From: an uncultured Clostridia bacterium
GTDB lineage: Bacteria > Bacillota > Clostridia > TANB77 > CAG-508
DNA: 64,000 nt
Reading direction: 5' to 3'
Assembly: GCA_948630815.1 (NCBI GenBank)
Contig: CAPIEU010000008.1
Coordinates: 268 to 64,267 of the forward strand
A program made the position numbers and the translations under genes. Shown in pieces: positions 20,218 to 29,481 of this stretch (positions within the stretch are counted from its first letter, which is position 1; every line of letters starts with the position of its first letter). Under the pieces are notes generated by a model. The model had not been told where the DNA came from. It saw nothing but the letters and a program-made list of their open reading frames with translations, and searched no databases.

Positions 20218-22764
20218 TTATGGAGTATTGTACCAATCCCTATATCCTTGTAATATTTCATTTGCAATTGCTCTTTTTTGTTTTGCATCTCCTGAAGCTA
20301 TTTGATTTTCTATATTCTTTAATGTTGCTTTTGTTGCTTTTTCATCTGAACCATAAACTGCTTTTCTATCAATTGCATCATAACTTTGAACTATATTTTG
20401 TACTTTTCCTCTTACTTCTTTTGCATCTTTATTATTTTTTGCATATTGTGCTTCTAGATGTAGTGCTTTTCTTATTGTTTTTGTATCAGTAATTCCTACT
20501 TGTCTATATTCTCTTGTTGCCTTATTAAAATCAGCTTTTGACATTGCATATTTTCCATCTTTAAAATACTTTTCATATTCTTCATCATGTTCTTTACTCT
20601 TTAAATATTGTTTATCTGCTTTTGCATTTCTATAGTCTGTAGTACTTCCATATTTTGCTGCACCAAATTCTTCTTGTATAGTCCTATTATAATTAGCTTT
20701 TCCTATTGTAGCGTTTGCTAATCTTCCTGAAATAGTATTTCCCCCTGCTGCTCCTGCCATTGCCATTCCTAGTGATTTTTCCGCATCGCCTGTAAGGGCT
20801 GCTCCTGCTGCTCCTGCTACTGCTCCAAGTGTTAATGCTCCTACTCCTCTAGCACCCATTTTTAATGCACTAAGTCCAGCTGTTGGTGCTGCTTTCCATG
20901 CTGCAATAGCATTTCTTCTAACTCCTGTTATTACTCTTTTCTTACCTCTTTCAAAAGCTTTATGTCTTATATCTTCATCTGTTAAAAATGCTTTTGCTCT
21001 ATTAAATTTGTCTCCTACTCTTCCCCCAAAATTCTTAACATCTTTTCCTACTGTTTCAAAAAATCCATCTTCATGTTCACTTTCTTCTTTACCAAGATTT
21101 TCTAAAACATCTTGTGTCATATCTGGATCTGGACTTCCTGTAGTATCTGGATTTTCCACAGTATTTAAATCATTATTCTTGTTTTCCAATTCATCTATTC
21201 TATCAAGTTTTGCTTGATACGCATCTGGATTAAGATATGCTTCATTATTATCTGTGTTATCTAATTCATTTTTTAGCATATCTAATTCTTCTTGTTCTTG
21301 TGCTGATAATGGTGGTGGTAATTCTCCTCCACTTGGTGCTGGTACTTCATCTCCTGCTCCATTTGGTGATGGTAATTCTTCTTTATTATCATTTCCCGTA
21401 TCAGCTAATTCTGCTAATCCTTGATTATCTTTATTATCAAATGCCATATAACCTTTATTGGCTCCTGGGTCTTTTCCGCTTCTTTGATATTTATCGTTTG
21501 TTCTAACTTTTCCTGAACCACCAGCTTTTCCTTTGCTCATAGAACTTATTGCTTTATTTGCTATACTTGTTAAACCAGCTGCTCCTGCAAGTGTTCCAAG
21601 TGTTCCTCCACTTGCTTTATCAAATCCAAACATTTTCTTGAATAGTTTTTCTCCTGCTGTTAGAAAGCCTAAACATACTACTGCATATAAAGGATTTACT
21701 GCTACAAGTTCTGTTGCAGAACCTAATAATACAATATAAAGTAGTAAATGTAATGGTTGTAATAATGCGTTATATGCAAATTCTTTTATCCATAATTCAA
21801 ATGCTTGTGCTTTCCCATCTGATACTTTATCTATTGGGTATGTCACTGCTATAAGTGGGGCAATTAATGTTAAAAATGCCATATTAACTACCCTTTTTAA
21901 GTATATCCATGTAAATTTTATTGTGAAGAACATAAGCATTAGATATAACAAGAAAAATCCTATACTTGTAGATGTATCTTTTGCTTGTAGCATAAATCTA
22001 ACATAACTCATTAAGTTTCCTGTAAATGTATGTCCTTCAAATGTTACTGAAATACTTCCAGTGGTTGTATCTGCTATCATAGATGTAATTACTTCACTCA
22101 TTGTTAGTGCAAATGACATTATATAGTGAAGTGCAAATAGTAAGCACATTGCTACTAACCAATCCATTAACATTTTTTTATATTTTGCTTTATCTGCTGC
22201 AATACCTGTTAATAGCATTCTTATTCCTAAATATACAAGTACAGATAATAATCCTACAAGTGCAAGTGTTCTCATTGCTATGTACCAGCTTGCTATTGTT
22301 GGTCGTAATTTTATTGCAATATTATGTTCGTTATCCCATTCTGCATTTCCTGTAGTAACAGATGGTTTTATAAAGTTTACATCTAATGCTGGAACTTTGT
22401 TTGAAAATATTTCTTCTGGTGTATATTGTATAACTGGAATTTGAGTTCCTGTTATATCTCCCCACCAAGCTCCACCTATTTCAATACCTTGAGAATCTAA
22501 ATTTACTGTTGCTCCTCCACCATTGCTATTATATGAATCTGTATCATCTATTTCTTTCATAAATGGATTGTATTCCCCTAACATAAAGGTTTCTAGTAAA
22601 TGTTGGAATCCATCTACTATAGTAGTAAATAATGCTGTAATTGGTCCTAATAGTATTCCTCCTGCTGCATTTACTGGTTTTGGTACTGAAAATGTTAATA
22701 GCATTACAGTTATTATTACAATTAATACTTTTTTAGTTACACTCCTATTCGTAAAAATTTTCAT
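20218..22764 (-). CDS. VirB6/TrbL-like polytopic membrane protein with long C-terminal extension
   Basis: 848-aa ORF with a signal sequence and at least 6 TM helices in the central part, as in TrbL/VirB6, PrgH and Tn916 ORF15. The tail is Pro/Asp-rich and then Gly/Ala-rich. Confidence 0.6.
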   Translation of the reverse strand: MKIFTNRSVTKKVLIVIITVMLLTFSVPKPVNAAGGILLGPITALFTTIVDGFQHLLETFMLGEYNPFMKEIDDTDSYNSNGGGATVNLDSQGIEIGGAWWGDITGTQIPVIQYTPEEIFSNKVPALDVNFIKPSVTTGNAEWDNEHNIAIKLRPTIASWYIAMRTLALVGLLSVLVYLGIRMLLTGIAADKAKYKKMLMDWLVAMCLLFALHYIMSFALTMSEVITSMIADTTTGSISVTFEGHTFTGNLMSYVRFMLQAKDTSTSIGFFLLYLMLMFFTIKFTWIYLKRVVNMAFLTLIAPLIAVTYPIDKVSDGKAQAFELWIKEFAYNALLQPLHLLLYIVLLGSATELVAVNPLYAVVCLGFLTAGEKLFKKMFGFDKASGGTLGTLAGAAGLTSIANKAISSMSKGKAGGSGKVRTNDKYQRSGKDPGANKGYMAFDNKDNQGLAELADTGNDNKEELPSPNGAGDEVPAPSGGELPPPLSAQEQEELDMLKNELDNTDNNEAYLNPDAYQAKLDRIDELENKNNDLNTVENPDTTGSPDPDMTQDVLENLGKEESEHEDGFFETVGKDVKNFGGRVGDKFNRAKAFLTDEDIRHKAFERGKKRVITGVRRNAIAAWKAAPTAGLSALKMGARGVGALTLGAVAGAAGAALTGDAEKSLGMAMAGAAGGNTISGRLANATIGKANYNRTIQEEFGAAKYGSTTDYRNAKADKQYLKSKEHDEEYEKYFKDGKYAMSKADFNKATREYRQVGITDTKTIRKALHLEAQYAKNNKDAKEVRGKVQNIVQSYDAIDRKAVYGSDEKATKATLKNIENQIASGDAKQKRAIANEILQGYRDWYNTP

Positions 22765-22777
22765 AGTTACTCCTTCT

Positions 22778-24755
22778 TTAACCTATTGCTTTTTTCTTTT
22801 TTGCATTTACTATGTTGTTTAAGTTGGTTTCAACAAACTCAAATTCTTTGGCTGTTGGTGTTATTTGTAAAATTGCTGTGTCTCCACCTACTTTTAATAA
22901 TCCTTCTCCTTTTAAACAAGTTACTAAGAATCCTGCTTCTCCTTCTGAAAGTTTGAATACTTCTTTTAGGTATGCAATTTCAGATTTATCCTGTGCCAAA
23001 AATAGCTTTGTATCTGATGAGGTTAGTACTGCTTGTGCTTCTGGTTTTTCGTAGAAGTCTTGAAACCTTTGTGAAATTATTGCAAGTGATACATTTCTTT
23101 TTCTTGCACGTCTTGCCATTGTGTTTAAGAAGTCTACTGCTTCTGGGTATGGAAGTAACATCCATGCTTCATCTACTAACACCCTTTTTTTACTTGCTTT
23201 TGTTCTATCTTCTGAATTTTTCTTTACGTATTTTTCCCATATCCATGAAAGTAAGATTTGTTGTGCAAGTGGTCTTGCGAATCTTTCTTCTAACTGTGAT
23301 ATGTCTAGGTTTATAAATGGTGCTCCATCTAATAGTTCAAATGTTGATTGTCCATCAAAGTATGCCATTTGTCCTTCATATTCTCTAATGTATTGTTTCA
23401 TTACTTTTAATAGATAACTATAGTGGAATTTGTAATCTTGATTATCGTTTTCTTCTGCCTTTTTTTGTATTCTTTTATACCAACTTCCTATTGTAGGCAT
23501 TGTTTTCTTTCTTTTTGCTAACATATCTCCACTAAATCCTGTTCCACTTGCTTCATATAAACTTGAAGGGTCGTTTGTAATTCCGTGCTTCTGCATATTC
23601 TTCACCAATTGCTTCTGCTATTATTTGTTTTGTTAGTTCGTTTACTTCTTTGCTTCTTGTACTTCCTCTTGCCATTGTAAGTAATGCTTGTGTTACGTCT
23701 TCTACTTTGTTTTCTACATTTAGTACTACTCTTTCTTTTCCTGTTATTTCGTCTTTTATTATTTCTGGTTCTATATCAAATAAATTTATTATTGTTTTTG
23801 AGTTTGGTCCTAATACAACATTAATTCCTCCTAGGGATTCTGCAACTATAGAATATTCACCCTCTGCATCTAGTGCTAAACTTTCTATTCCCATTAACAC
23901 TGCTGACCTTGATATTAATGTTTTCATTGTTACAGATTTACCAGCACCTGATTTTGCGAATATTACCATATTGTAATTTGAAAGTGATGGATGGAAGTTA
24001 TCAAATAAGATTGGTACTCCTGTTTGTTTATTAAATCCAAGTGGAACTCCTGTAGGATGTCCTACTTCTGATGTTGTAAATGGGAATATTGTTCCCATTG
24101 AACGTCTATCGAATGTATGTACTTTTTTTATTTTATTATCCATTAATGGTAGGTTGCTTTTAAATGTATCTTCTTGTATGCCCCATGCACTTTTTATACT
24201 TACTAATGATTTAGACATTTCTGTTGCAAGTAAACTTGTAAATTTGTCTAAGTCTTCTAGGCTATATGCAAATAGTGTTGATACTATTGATGCTTCATAT
24301 AGTTTGTTAAATCCTGCCGCTATTTCATCTCTTAGTTGTTCTGCTTCATATCTTTTTTGCCCTACTGTACTTTGTCTATTTATATTTCCTCTATCTGCTG
24401 CTACAATTCTTTCTGTTTCTAATTGGTTTATTACTCTGTTTAATTCGTTTTGTGATTTTGCTTCTGGTACAGGGTTTATATATATTGATGTGTTTACATC
24501 TCCAAATAAGTATAAATCTCTAAATAGTTCTGGAAATATTGCCATTCTAGGTAGTGCTGATACAAAGAAACTTCTTGCATATCTTTTTGTATTTGATACG
24601 ATTTCTAGGTGATCTATGTTTGAGGCATCTATTCCTGATGGAGCAATTAATTCTTTTATTGTTTTTTGTTTTAATATGTTGTATTGTTGTTCATTATTCT
24701 GCACTATGTTTTGGTTTTCTTCCTCTTTTTTTAGGTTTTGCTTCTTCCCCCACAT
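22778..24755 (-). CDS. VirB4-family T4SS ATPase; needs a +1 shift at CGG 23585..23583
   Basis: Start is the ATG at 24755 after GAAGGAGG. Walker A (AKSGAGKS) lies in piece 23553..24797 and Walker B (RVLVDEAWMLL) in piece 22778..23608. The junction reads AIGEEYAEA-[C]GGA-ITNDPSSLYE. Length is 3n+1. Confidence 0.85.
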
Positions 24756-26052
24756 TAGTATCTCCTCCTTCTTCTTTGGTTTCTTGGGCAGATACAAGAC
24801 CTGCCCCTACATTTTCTTGTTTCTTTGGTCTACCTCTTCTTTTTATGTTTGTGTTTTTAGCATTGGCATCTGTTTCTTGGGCAGACACGGGACCTGCCCC
24901 TACATTTTCTTCTTTTATTAGTTCTATTGATTGATTTGCTGTATCTTTTCCTAAATATGCTGCGTTTTGTCTTAGTATTGCTTCTGCTCTTTCACGAATT
25001 AGCTCTCCAAATCGTGCTTGCTTTCTTTCTATTTCTTGTTGTTTTTTTGTTCTTACTTGTATTACTTTTTCGTTTACTAAAGCTAGTGCTTGTTTTTCTA
25101 TTTCTTGGTCTAATACTTTCATTTTTTTATTTAATACATCTGGTGCAGTTGTATATAATTCTTCATATCCTGCACGTGCCGCCTTATCTATTCCAAATAC
25201 TTCTGCTTCATCACGGTTGTATGCTACATATAATAAATCTATTAGTTCTTCTGATGTCATTATTTTTCCGCCTACTTCACATCCTGCAAGTGTTCTTATT
25301 ATTGATTGTGATTTTGTATATAGTTCTTGGAAAGCTAGGTTTTTTATTTCTTCTTTATCAAATGCACTATTTCCTAAATCTTCTGGATAATATGGTATGA
25401 TTATGTAATATTTTTTACTTAGTACGTTTTTATTTAAGCTCATTCTTTCTGTATTTGCTATTATATCTTTTCCATATTCATATAGGTTTGTTTGTTTTGT
25501 TACTTCGTAAAATTCTTTTTCTAGTTCTTCAGTAGGATATTCTCCAGATTGTAGTTTTTTAAGATACGCATTTTTCTTTTTTTCTAATTCTATTTCTATT
25601 TCTTGTAATTTTTTTCTGTATCCTTCTAAACTGCTGTTTAAGTTTACTGTTCTTGTTTGTACATATATTTGTATTGGATGCCTTAATGTGTTTAGGAATT
25701 GTAAAAATCCTTCTTCTACTGATACTTTCTCTGTTTCTGACATTAGGTCGTAATTTACGCCTTGGCATTCTACTACCATTAAATATTTATTTCCATTTTT
25801 TTGTACAATCATATTATCTTGTATTTTATCAAATTCCATGAATTTGAATATTGATTCTTTTGTGTATTCTTTTGCTATTTTTTTTGCATCACTTGATGGT
25901 TGTTTGTTAGTATCTGTAATTTTATCTTTATCGTCTTTTTGTTTTGATTTAAATTTTACTACTAATAATACTACTGCAAGTGCCATTAATATAAATATCA
26001 TAACCATAAGTACTATCATTAATATATTTGTTAGTTGCTCTGCACTATTCAT
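24694..26052 (-). CDS. TM protein with VirB4-N-terminal-like region and REP-derived C-terminal insertions
   Basis: Start is the ATG at 26052 after GAGGAGG. One TM segment. The region FDKIQDNMIVQKNGNKYLMVVECQGVNYDLMSETEKVSVEEGFLQFLNTLRHPIQIYVQ resembles the N-domain of Gram-positive VirB4 proteins; no Walker motifs. The C-terminal ENVGAG(P/L)VSAQET duplicates are encoded by REP-like elements. Confidence 0.5.
   Translation of the reverse strand: MNSAEQLTNILMIVLMVMIFILMALAVVLLVVKFKSKQKDDKDKITDTNKQPSSDAKKIAKEYTKESIFKFMEFDKIQDNMIVQKNGNKYLMVVECQGVNYDLMSETEKVSVEEGFLQFLNTLRHPIQIYVQTRTVNLNSSLEGYRKKLQEIEIELEKKKNAYLKKLQSGEYPTEELEKEFYEVTKQTNLYEYGKDIIANTERMSLNKNVLSKKYYIIIPYYPEDLGNSAFDKEEIKNLAFQELYTKSQSIIRTLAGCEVGGKIMTSEELIDLLYVAYNRDEAEVFGIDKAARAGYEELYTTAPDVLNKKMKVLDQEIEKQALALVNEKVIQVRTKKQQEIERKQARFGELIRERAEAILRQNAAYLGKDTANQSIELIKEENVGAGPVSAQETDANAKNTNIKRRGRPKKQENVGAGLVSAQETKEEGGDTNVGEEAKPKKRGRKPKHSAE
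24786..24810 (-). repeat. REP-like element inside a coding sequence
   Basis: GGGCAGATACAAGACCTGCCCCTAC, read in frame as VGAGLVSAQ in ORF 24694..26052. Confidence 0.8.
24879..24903 (-). repeat. REP-like element inside a coding sequence
   Basis: GGGCAGACACGGGACCTGCCCCTAC, read in frame as VGAGPVSAQ. Confidence 0.8.
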
Positions 26053-26392
26053 CTTTTGTTTCCTCCTCATCATATACATATATCTTACTGTTTGATTTTT
26101 TGAATTTTATTGCTCTTAGTATAATTTCATCTATTGGTTCTCCACCTACTTTTTTTGTAAAAGCAAATGAACCAATATTAGGCATTTTAAAGGTTCCTAT
26201 TGCAAATCCTATTAATGCAAATATTGCTATTAGTACCATTCCTATTAGTCCTACTCCAAATGCACTTAATATGAGGTTAAAGAAAAATCCTACTGCCGCT
26301 CCAATTCCTGTATAAATAAGAGATTTTCCTGTAAATATAAATAGTATTCTTCCTTCATCTTTTACATTTCTTGGTATATAATATGGTCCCAT
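26045..26392 (-). CDS. PrgI-family (VirB3-like) T4SS membrane protein
   Basis: Start moved to the ATG at 26392 after AAAGGAGG. MGPYYIPRNVKDEGRILFIFTGKSLIY followed by two TM helices matches the PrgI/ORF17 pattern. The gene lies directly upstream of the VirB4-related genes. Confidence 0.7.
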   Translation of the reverse strand: MGPYYIPRNVKDEGRILFIFTGKSLIYTGIGAAVGFFFNLILSAFGVGLIGMVLIAIFALIGFAIGTFKMPNIGSFAFTKKVGGEPIDEIILRAIKFKKSNSKIYVYDEEETKDE

Positions 26393-26522
26393 AGCTCTTT
26401 TTCCTCCTTTATCCGTTATTACCATTATACCAAATAAAGCTACAAAATGTAACATATTATACTAAAATATTATATTTTTAATGTATTTGTAACAAGGGTG
26501 TAACAATGAGTTTGAGGTTTGG

Positions 26523-26655
26523 TTTTCATAAATTATTTTATGTTTATATAGGTGTTAGATGACAAATCTAGCTTTGCTAAGATTTCCCTATACTTTTTAT
26601 ACGTATTAAATTACAGCAAAGCTTAAAGATTTGTCGACGCGAAAAATTTATGAAA
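26523..26655. repeat. nested palindromic element
   Basis: TTCATAAATT (26525..26534) pairs with AATTTATGAA (26645..26654). GACAAATCT+AGCTTTGCT (26561..26578) pairs with AGCAAAGCT...AGATTTGTC (26615..26635). Confidence 0.6.
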
Positions 26656-26708
26656 TAAATTTTTCTGTGCAATGTCTGTTTTTTTAATAGAAAATGTAAT
26701 TTTCTATT

Positions 26709-26738
26709 AAAAAAACTAGGGATTTCTTATATCCCTAG
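26709..26738 (-). terminator. rho-independent terminator after the pilin-like genes
   Basis: On the minus strand, CTAGGGA-TATAAGAAA-TCCCTAG is followed by TTTTTTT, 25 nt after the stop at 26763. Confidence 0.7.
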
Positions 26739-26762
26739 TATCTTTTGTTTATAATTATTATT

Positions 26763-27143
26763 TTATGTTACACTTGGTTTATTTAGTGCATTTGCCATAT
26801 CATATACTACTCCTACTATTGTTGATGAAGCAAATATTAATATTGCACCAATTATGTATGGTATCATTGATTTTTTGTAATCAGCTTTTTCTTCTGCACT
26901 ACCCATCATATATTTAATACCAAGTACTAATAATATAACTACCGCTACAATTACACCAACTATTCTAACAACTGCTATAATTGAATTTCCTAAATTTGTT
27001 ATGTTATTTGTATTTACATCTACTCCTGTTGTACCATCTAGTTTTTGTAAAACATCTCCCGCAGTTGCAAATGAACTTACACTAATTGTAACTATTGTAA
27101 GTACTATTAATAATGTTACTATTATTTTGTTTGTCTTTTTCAT
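26763..27143 (-). CDS. T4SS pilin-like (TrbC/VirB2-like) small membrane protein, paralogue 1
   Basis: 126 aa with a signal peptide. The C-terminal two-helix module is VRIVGVIVAVVILLVLGIKYMMGSAEEKADYKKSMIPYIIGAILIF. Confidence 0.6.
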   Translation of the reverse strand: MKKTNKIIVTLLIVLTIVTISVSSFATAGDVLQKLDGTTGVDVNTNNITNLGNSIIAVVRIVGVIVAVVILLVLGIKYMMGSAEEKADYKKSMIPYIIGAILIFASSTIVGVVYDMANALNKPSVT

Positions 27144-27342
27144 AATTTTCCTCCTATATTTTATTTATAATTTTTTTATTTTAATTACTCTATTTTAAGA
27201 GTTAATATTAAAAACTTATTTAAAGCATAAAATTGCCTTTATATACTATATATTATAACTGTTTTTTTATGGTTTGTCTATACTTTTTTTAAATTTTTTC
27301 GAATTTATGTAAATTTTGGGATAATTTGTAATATTAAAGTAT

Positions 27343-28314
27343 TTATGCTATACCAGAAAGAAGTACTATTGCTAGTTTCCATATTGTGAATGCTCCAAAT
27401 ATTACAACACATCCTGCTATATATGGAACTAATGATTCTTTTACTTTTGCTTTATCTTCTGCACTTGCAAGCATAAATTTAATTGCTAAATACATTCCAA
27501 CAGCTACTGCTAAGAACACTCCTATTCCTAATAATATATTATATAAAGTGTTTGAACCTGCCTGTAAATTGCTTATAGATATTTTACTATCTCCATCTTT
27601 TCCTTGATTTATAAAGTCCTTTGATTCTCCTATTATTTCATCTATTGTATGAGAACTATTTGGAGTTGACGTTCCTAAAAGCCCATGCTGTTTGTCTTTA
27701 TCCTTATTTAAATCATCATGTTCTTGTTTTTCTTCTTGTTTTTCATCATAAGCAGTTTTATATGTAGAATCCATTTCTTTAATCCTACGTGATACTGGTT
27801 CTGCGTATGTTGCTATAAGGTCTCTATCATTACTTGATTTTAAATATTCTTTTATTTTCGCGTCTAAATCTTTTAATTCTTGTAAGCTCATTGTATTAAT
27901 ACGAGGCATAAGTGCATCAATTTCTTCTTTTAATGTTTTTCTTTCTTCTTCCTTTGGTACTGATGGTAAATTACCAGTTTTAACAGATGTTAATGCTGCT
28001 TGTGCTGCTTTATAATGTATTGAATCCATTGTTCCACCTGTCCAAATTCCTTCATCATGTCCATATGATTTTTTTAATTGTTCTATTAATCTTTCATTGT
28101 TACCACATACATCTATTATTTTCTGTGCCAATTTTGCTTCTTTTACTGCTTCTTCTTCTCTATTTCCTAATTCGTTAGAATACTTTAGTAATTCTCCTAC
28201 AATAGGATATAATTCATCACCTTCATATAATTCTATTTGAGCATAACACCTAGTAGCAACCATTGTTATAACTAGCATTATTATAATAGATATTATCTTT
28301 TTATATGTTTTCAT
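27343..28314 (-). CDS. pilin-like module fused to a ~230-aa N-terminal extracellular domain, paralogue 2
   Basis: 323 aa with a signal peptide. The C-terminus GIGVFLAVAVGMYLAIKFMLASAEDKAKVKESLVPYIAGCVVIF is homologous to the modules in 26763..27143 and 28335..28754. Confidence 0.55.
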   Translation of the reverse strand: MKTYKKIISIIIMLVITMVATRCYAQIELYEGDELYPIVGELLKYSNELGNREEEAVKEAKLAQKIIDVCGNNERLIEQLKKSYGHDEGIWTGGTMDSIHYKAAQAALTSVKTGNLPSVPKEEERKTLKEEIDALMPRINTMSLQELKDLDAKIKEYLKSSNDRDLIATYAEPVSRRIKEMDSTYKTAYDEKQEEKQEHDDLNKDKDKQHGLLGTSTPNSSHTIDEIIGESKDFINQGKDGDSKISISNLQAGSNTLYNILLGIGVFLAVAVGMYLAIKFMLASAEDKAKVKESLVPYIAGCVVIFGAFTIWKLAIVLLSGIA

Positions 28315-28334
28315 TTATTTCACCGCCTTATGTT

Positions 28335-28754
28335 TTAAAAGTTTATTCCTTTAACTAAATCGTATATTATTCCTAATACATTTGGTATTGTAAATAACAT
28401 TATTGCACCTATTAAATATGGTATCATTGTTTCTTTATATGATGCTTTTTCAGCTGTACTTCCAAACATATATCTTAATCCTATTACCATTAATGCTACT
28501 ACTGCTATTACTGTTCCTACTACTCTCATAGTTCCTATTAGTACATTTCCCATATTTATAAATTGTGTATTTCCTCCTGTTGTATCTGTTGGTTTATAAT
28601 CATTGGGATTTAATATTGGATAATTTATATCGTGTTTATCTGTTACGCTACCTCCTCCTTTATCCGTAGCAGAAACATAGCTTATATTACTACATAATAC
28701 AACTGTAATTATCATTATTATAATTATGCTTACTATTTTTTTTGATTTATTCAT
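28335..28754 (-). CDS. T4SS pilin-like small membrane protein, paralogue 3
   Basis: Start moved to the ATG at 28754 after GGGAGAAAG. Signal peptide plus the module MRVVGTVIAVVALMVIGLRYMFGSTAEKASYKETMIPYLIGAIMLF. Confidence 0.6.
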   Translation of the reverse strand: MNKSKKIVSIIIIMIITVVLCSNISYVSATDKGGGSVTDKHDINYPILNPNDYKPTDTTGGNTQFINMGNVLIGTMRVVGTVIAVVALMVIGLRYMFGSTAEKASYKETMIPYLIGAIMLFTIPNVLGIIYDLVKGINF

Positions 28755-28892
28755 TTCTTTCTCCCTACTATTTTTTACATACTTAATTCTATTATATATT
28801 ATTTTCCAATATTTTTCAATAATTGACAATCTTTTTTACATAAATCTTGAAAAATACATATTTTTGTAACATTTGTGTAAAATGTATGTAAG

Positions 28893-28932
28893 TCCGCTCC
28901 ATCTTGCTGAATGTAGGGCAAGATGGAGCGGA
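28893..28932. other. perfect 15-bp GC-rich hairpin upstream of the pilin-like genes
   Basis: TCCGCTCCATCTTGC (28893..28907) and GCAAGATGGAGCGGA (28918..28932) flank a 10-nt loop. Confidence 0.7.
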
Positions 28933-29025
28933 TTAATATGCTATTACCTTTAACAACAAAAGAGACTTCGCCTCACGGACAGAAATCGCTCGCCTCTACA
29001 TCGTTTGCATTAAATTTATCGTTGA

Positions 29026-29109
29026 GGGTTGCATATTATGCAACCCCTACAACATTTGCAATTTGTTTTGTTGGTTTTTCTTTTGGGCAGATACGAGGTC
29101 CTCCCCTAT
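29026..29109 (-). repeat. two REP-like elements (one variant stem, one degenerate)
   Basis: GGGTTGCATATTATGCAACCCCTAC (29026..29050) and GGGCAGATACGAGGTCCTCCCCTAT (29085..29109). Both carry the ...TTTGCA tail seen at 31899 onward. Confidence 0.75.
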
Positions 29110-29197
29110 ATTTTATAATGTAAAAAAGAACAGATAATACTTATTTTTATAAAATAAATATTATTACTGTTCTTTTTTATCTATTTCTTTTGTTTTA

Positions 29198-29353
29198 TTA
29201 TTCTTTTGTTCTTTTTAGCCTTTCGTTGCTTATATATTTTGCTATTAGTTCATCTAATTCTACACTTAATTTATATACTTTGCTATATTCTTCGCCTTGC
29301 TCTATGCTTTTGTTTAACTCATCTCTTTTTTTACATATTTCATCATTTAGCAT
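29198..29353 (-). CDS. Spo0E-family sporulation regulatory phosphatase-like protein (51 aa)
   Basis: Not in the ORF track. GGAGAG RBS. MLNDEICKKRDELNKSIEQGEEYSKVYKLSVELDELIAKYISNERLKRTKE contains the Spo0E-like S.ELD.LI..Y signature. Confidence 0.6.
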   Translation of the reverse strand: MLNDEICKKRDELNKSIEQGEEYSKVYKLSVELDELIAKYISNERLKRTKE

Positions 29354-29481
29354 ATGCATCTCTCCTTTTTAAGCATTTTTATCTTTTGTATATTTTAAAA
29401 ATACCATATTTTTACATTATAGTCAATAAAAAAACAGCATTTTTCTTAGGAATTATGCGACATTATGCGATTTTAAGCAAT

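Noticed and set aside
24694-24797. The 104-nt overlap between ORF 24694..26079 and ORF 23553..24797, considered as another frameshift site.
   Set aside because: A strong RBS (GAAGGAGG) precedes an internal ATG at 24755, giving a normal VirB4 start. The remaining overlap is ordinary operon overlap, and no CGG is present there.
26679-26716. The hairpin TTTTTTTAATAGAAAA-TGTAA-TTTTCTATTAAAAAAA, considered as the terminator of the pilin-like genes.
   Set aside because: The T-run precedes and the A-run follows the stem on both strands, so the runs pair with each other rather than forming a 3' U-tract. The adjacent hairpin at 26709..26738 has the correct geometry on the minus strand.
13498-28829. 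Calling the T4SS-like block a complete integrative conjugative element.
   Set aside because: No relaxase, coupling protein, recombinase or flanking direct repeats are visible in or next to the block. Only the mating-pore-type genes are present.
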